Source: Candidatus Thorarchaeota archaeon (GTDB taxonomy: Archaea; Asgardarchaeota; Thorarchaeia; Thorarchaeales; Thorarchaeaceae). Taken from it: DNA of 48,190 nucleotides. Made by a program: the position numbers and the translations under genes. The stretch is taken from assembly GCA_004524445.1 (NCBI GenBank), contig SDNP01000023.1:1-48190 (forward strand), given 5' to 3'. Below, one piece after another: positions 47,763-48,190 of this stretch; the first letter of the stretch is position 1, and each line of letters starts with the position of its first letter. The notes under the pieces were generated by a model, which saw only the letters and a list, made by a program, of their open reading frames with translations, was not told where the DNA came from and searched no databases.

Positions 47763-48190
47763 ATGACTATTAGCCGGAAGAAATGGGGTAAATCAGCAGT
47801 TAAGACAGACCGTGTCATTAGAGATGCTGTGCCAAAAGACGAAGTCCTAGAAGAGATAAATGATTACCTGAAGAATGCCAAATCGGTCACAAGATTCGAT
47901 CTTGCAAACAAATTTGGCATCAGGGCTAGCGTTGCGAAGAAGATTCTGAAAGAGCATGAAGAGGAAGGAAGCCTTATTCCATATATCCGTGAAAGTGGCT
48001 TCGTTGTATATACCACTCCTGAGGAAATGGAAAAACGTGAGCGTGGAGTGCCTATCATGACACAGGATGTTCTTGAAGAAGTTGCTGCTTCAACTCCCAA
48101 AGAATCTGTAATTGATGATGAAATGGAAGCGGCATTGGCTGCTGCATCCTCTGTGGGTCCGGTAAAACCCAGCAAATTGGCAAGGAAGAG
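47763..48190 (+). CDS. rps25e: 30S ribosomal protein eS25 with C-terminal extension, 3'-truncated; not in ORF track
   Basis: MTISRKKWGK...KSVTRFDLANKFGIRASVAKKILKEHEEEGSL...VVYT matches the eS25 winged helix. GGAG SD. Frame is open to the window end. Confidence 0.85.
   Translation, partial: MTISRKKWGKSAVKTDRVIRDAVPKDEVLEEINDYLKNAKSVTRFDLANKFGIRASVAKKILKEHEEEGSLIPYIRESGFVVYTTPEEMEKRERGVPIMTQDVLEEVAASTPKESVIDDEMEAALAAASSVGPVKPSKLARK

Noticed and set aside
47864-48175. 103-aa minus-strand ORF
   Set aside because: Antisense shadow of the eS25 gene on the + strand.

Overview
Gene-dense archaeal chromosome segment with no rRNA, tRNA, CRISPR array or transposase that I could recognise. It is most likely from an Asgard archaeon (Thorarchaeia-like), inferred from a Snf7/ESCRT-III gene, eS25, an archaeal histone and tandem membrane-anchored family-5 ABC substrate-binding proteins. 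Most genes are housekeeping or peptide/amino-acid and nucleoside metabolism (gdhA, ilvE, AOR plus ferredoxin, udp, dcd, prs-like, surE, wecB, Mrp/NBP35, IMPase, thrC-like, larB, AlaX, GlmU-like). Highlights: (1) two tandem DapA-family aldolase-Fae (formaldehyde-activating enzyme) fusions whose Fae halves have lost complementary motifs, suggesting a heteromeric aldolase/formaldehyde-channelling system; (2) a chlI/chlD-like AAA+/vWA locus joined by an A9 slippery site in the -1 frame, with a probable CTG start and transmembrane helices between the domains; (3) two genes missing from the ORF track, a 56-aa short-alpha3 histone and a C-terminally extended eS25; (4) two candidate structured RNAs (14541-14679 and 6388-6480); (5) several eukaryote-reminiscent unknown proteins (tandem PH-like plus Zn, CdvA-like coiled coil, acidic Trp-repeat protein, and a pair of >800-aa helical proteins). 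All assignments come from motif recognition by eye; no database searches were run.
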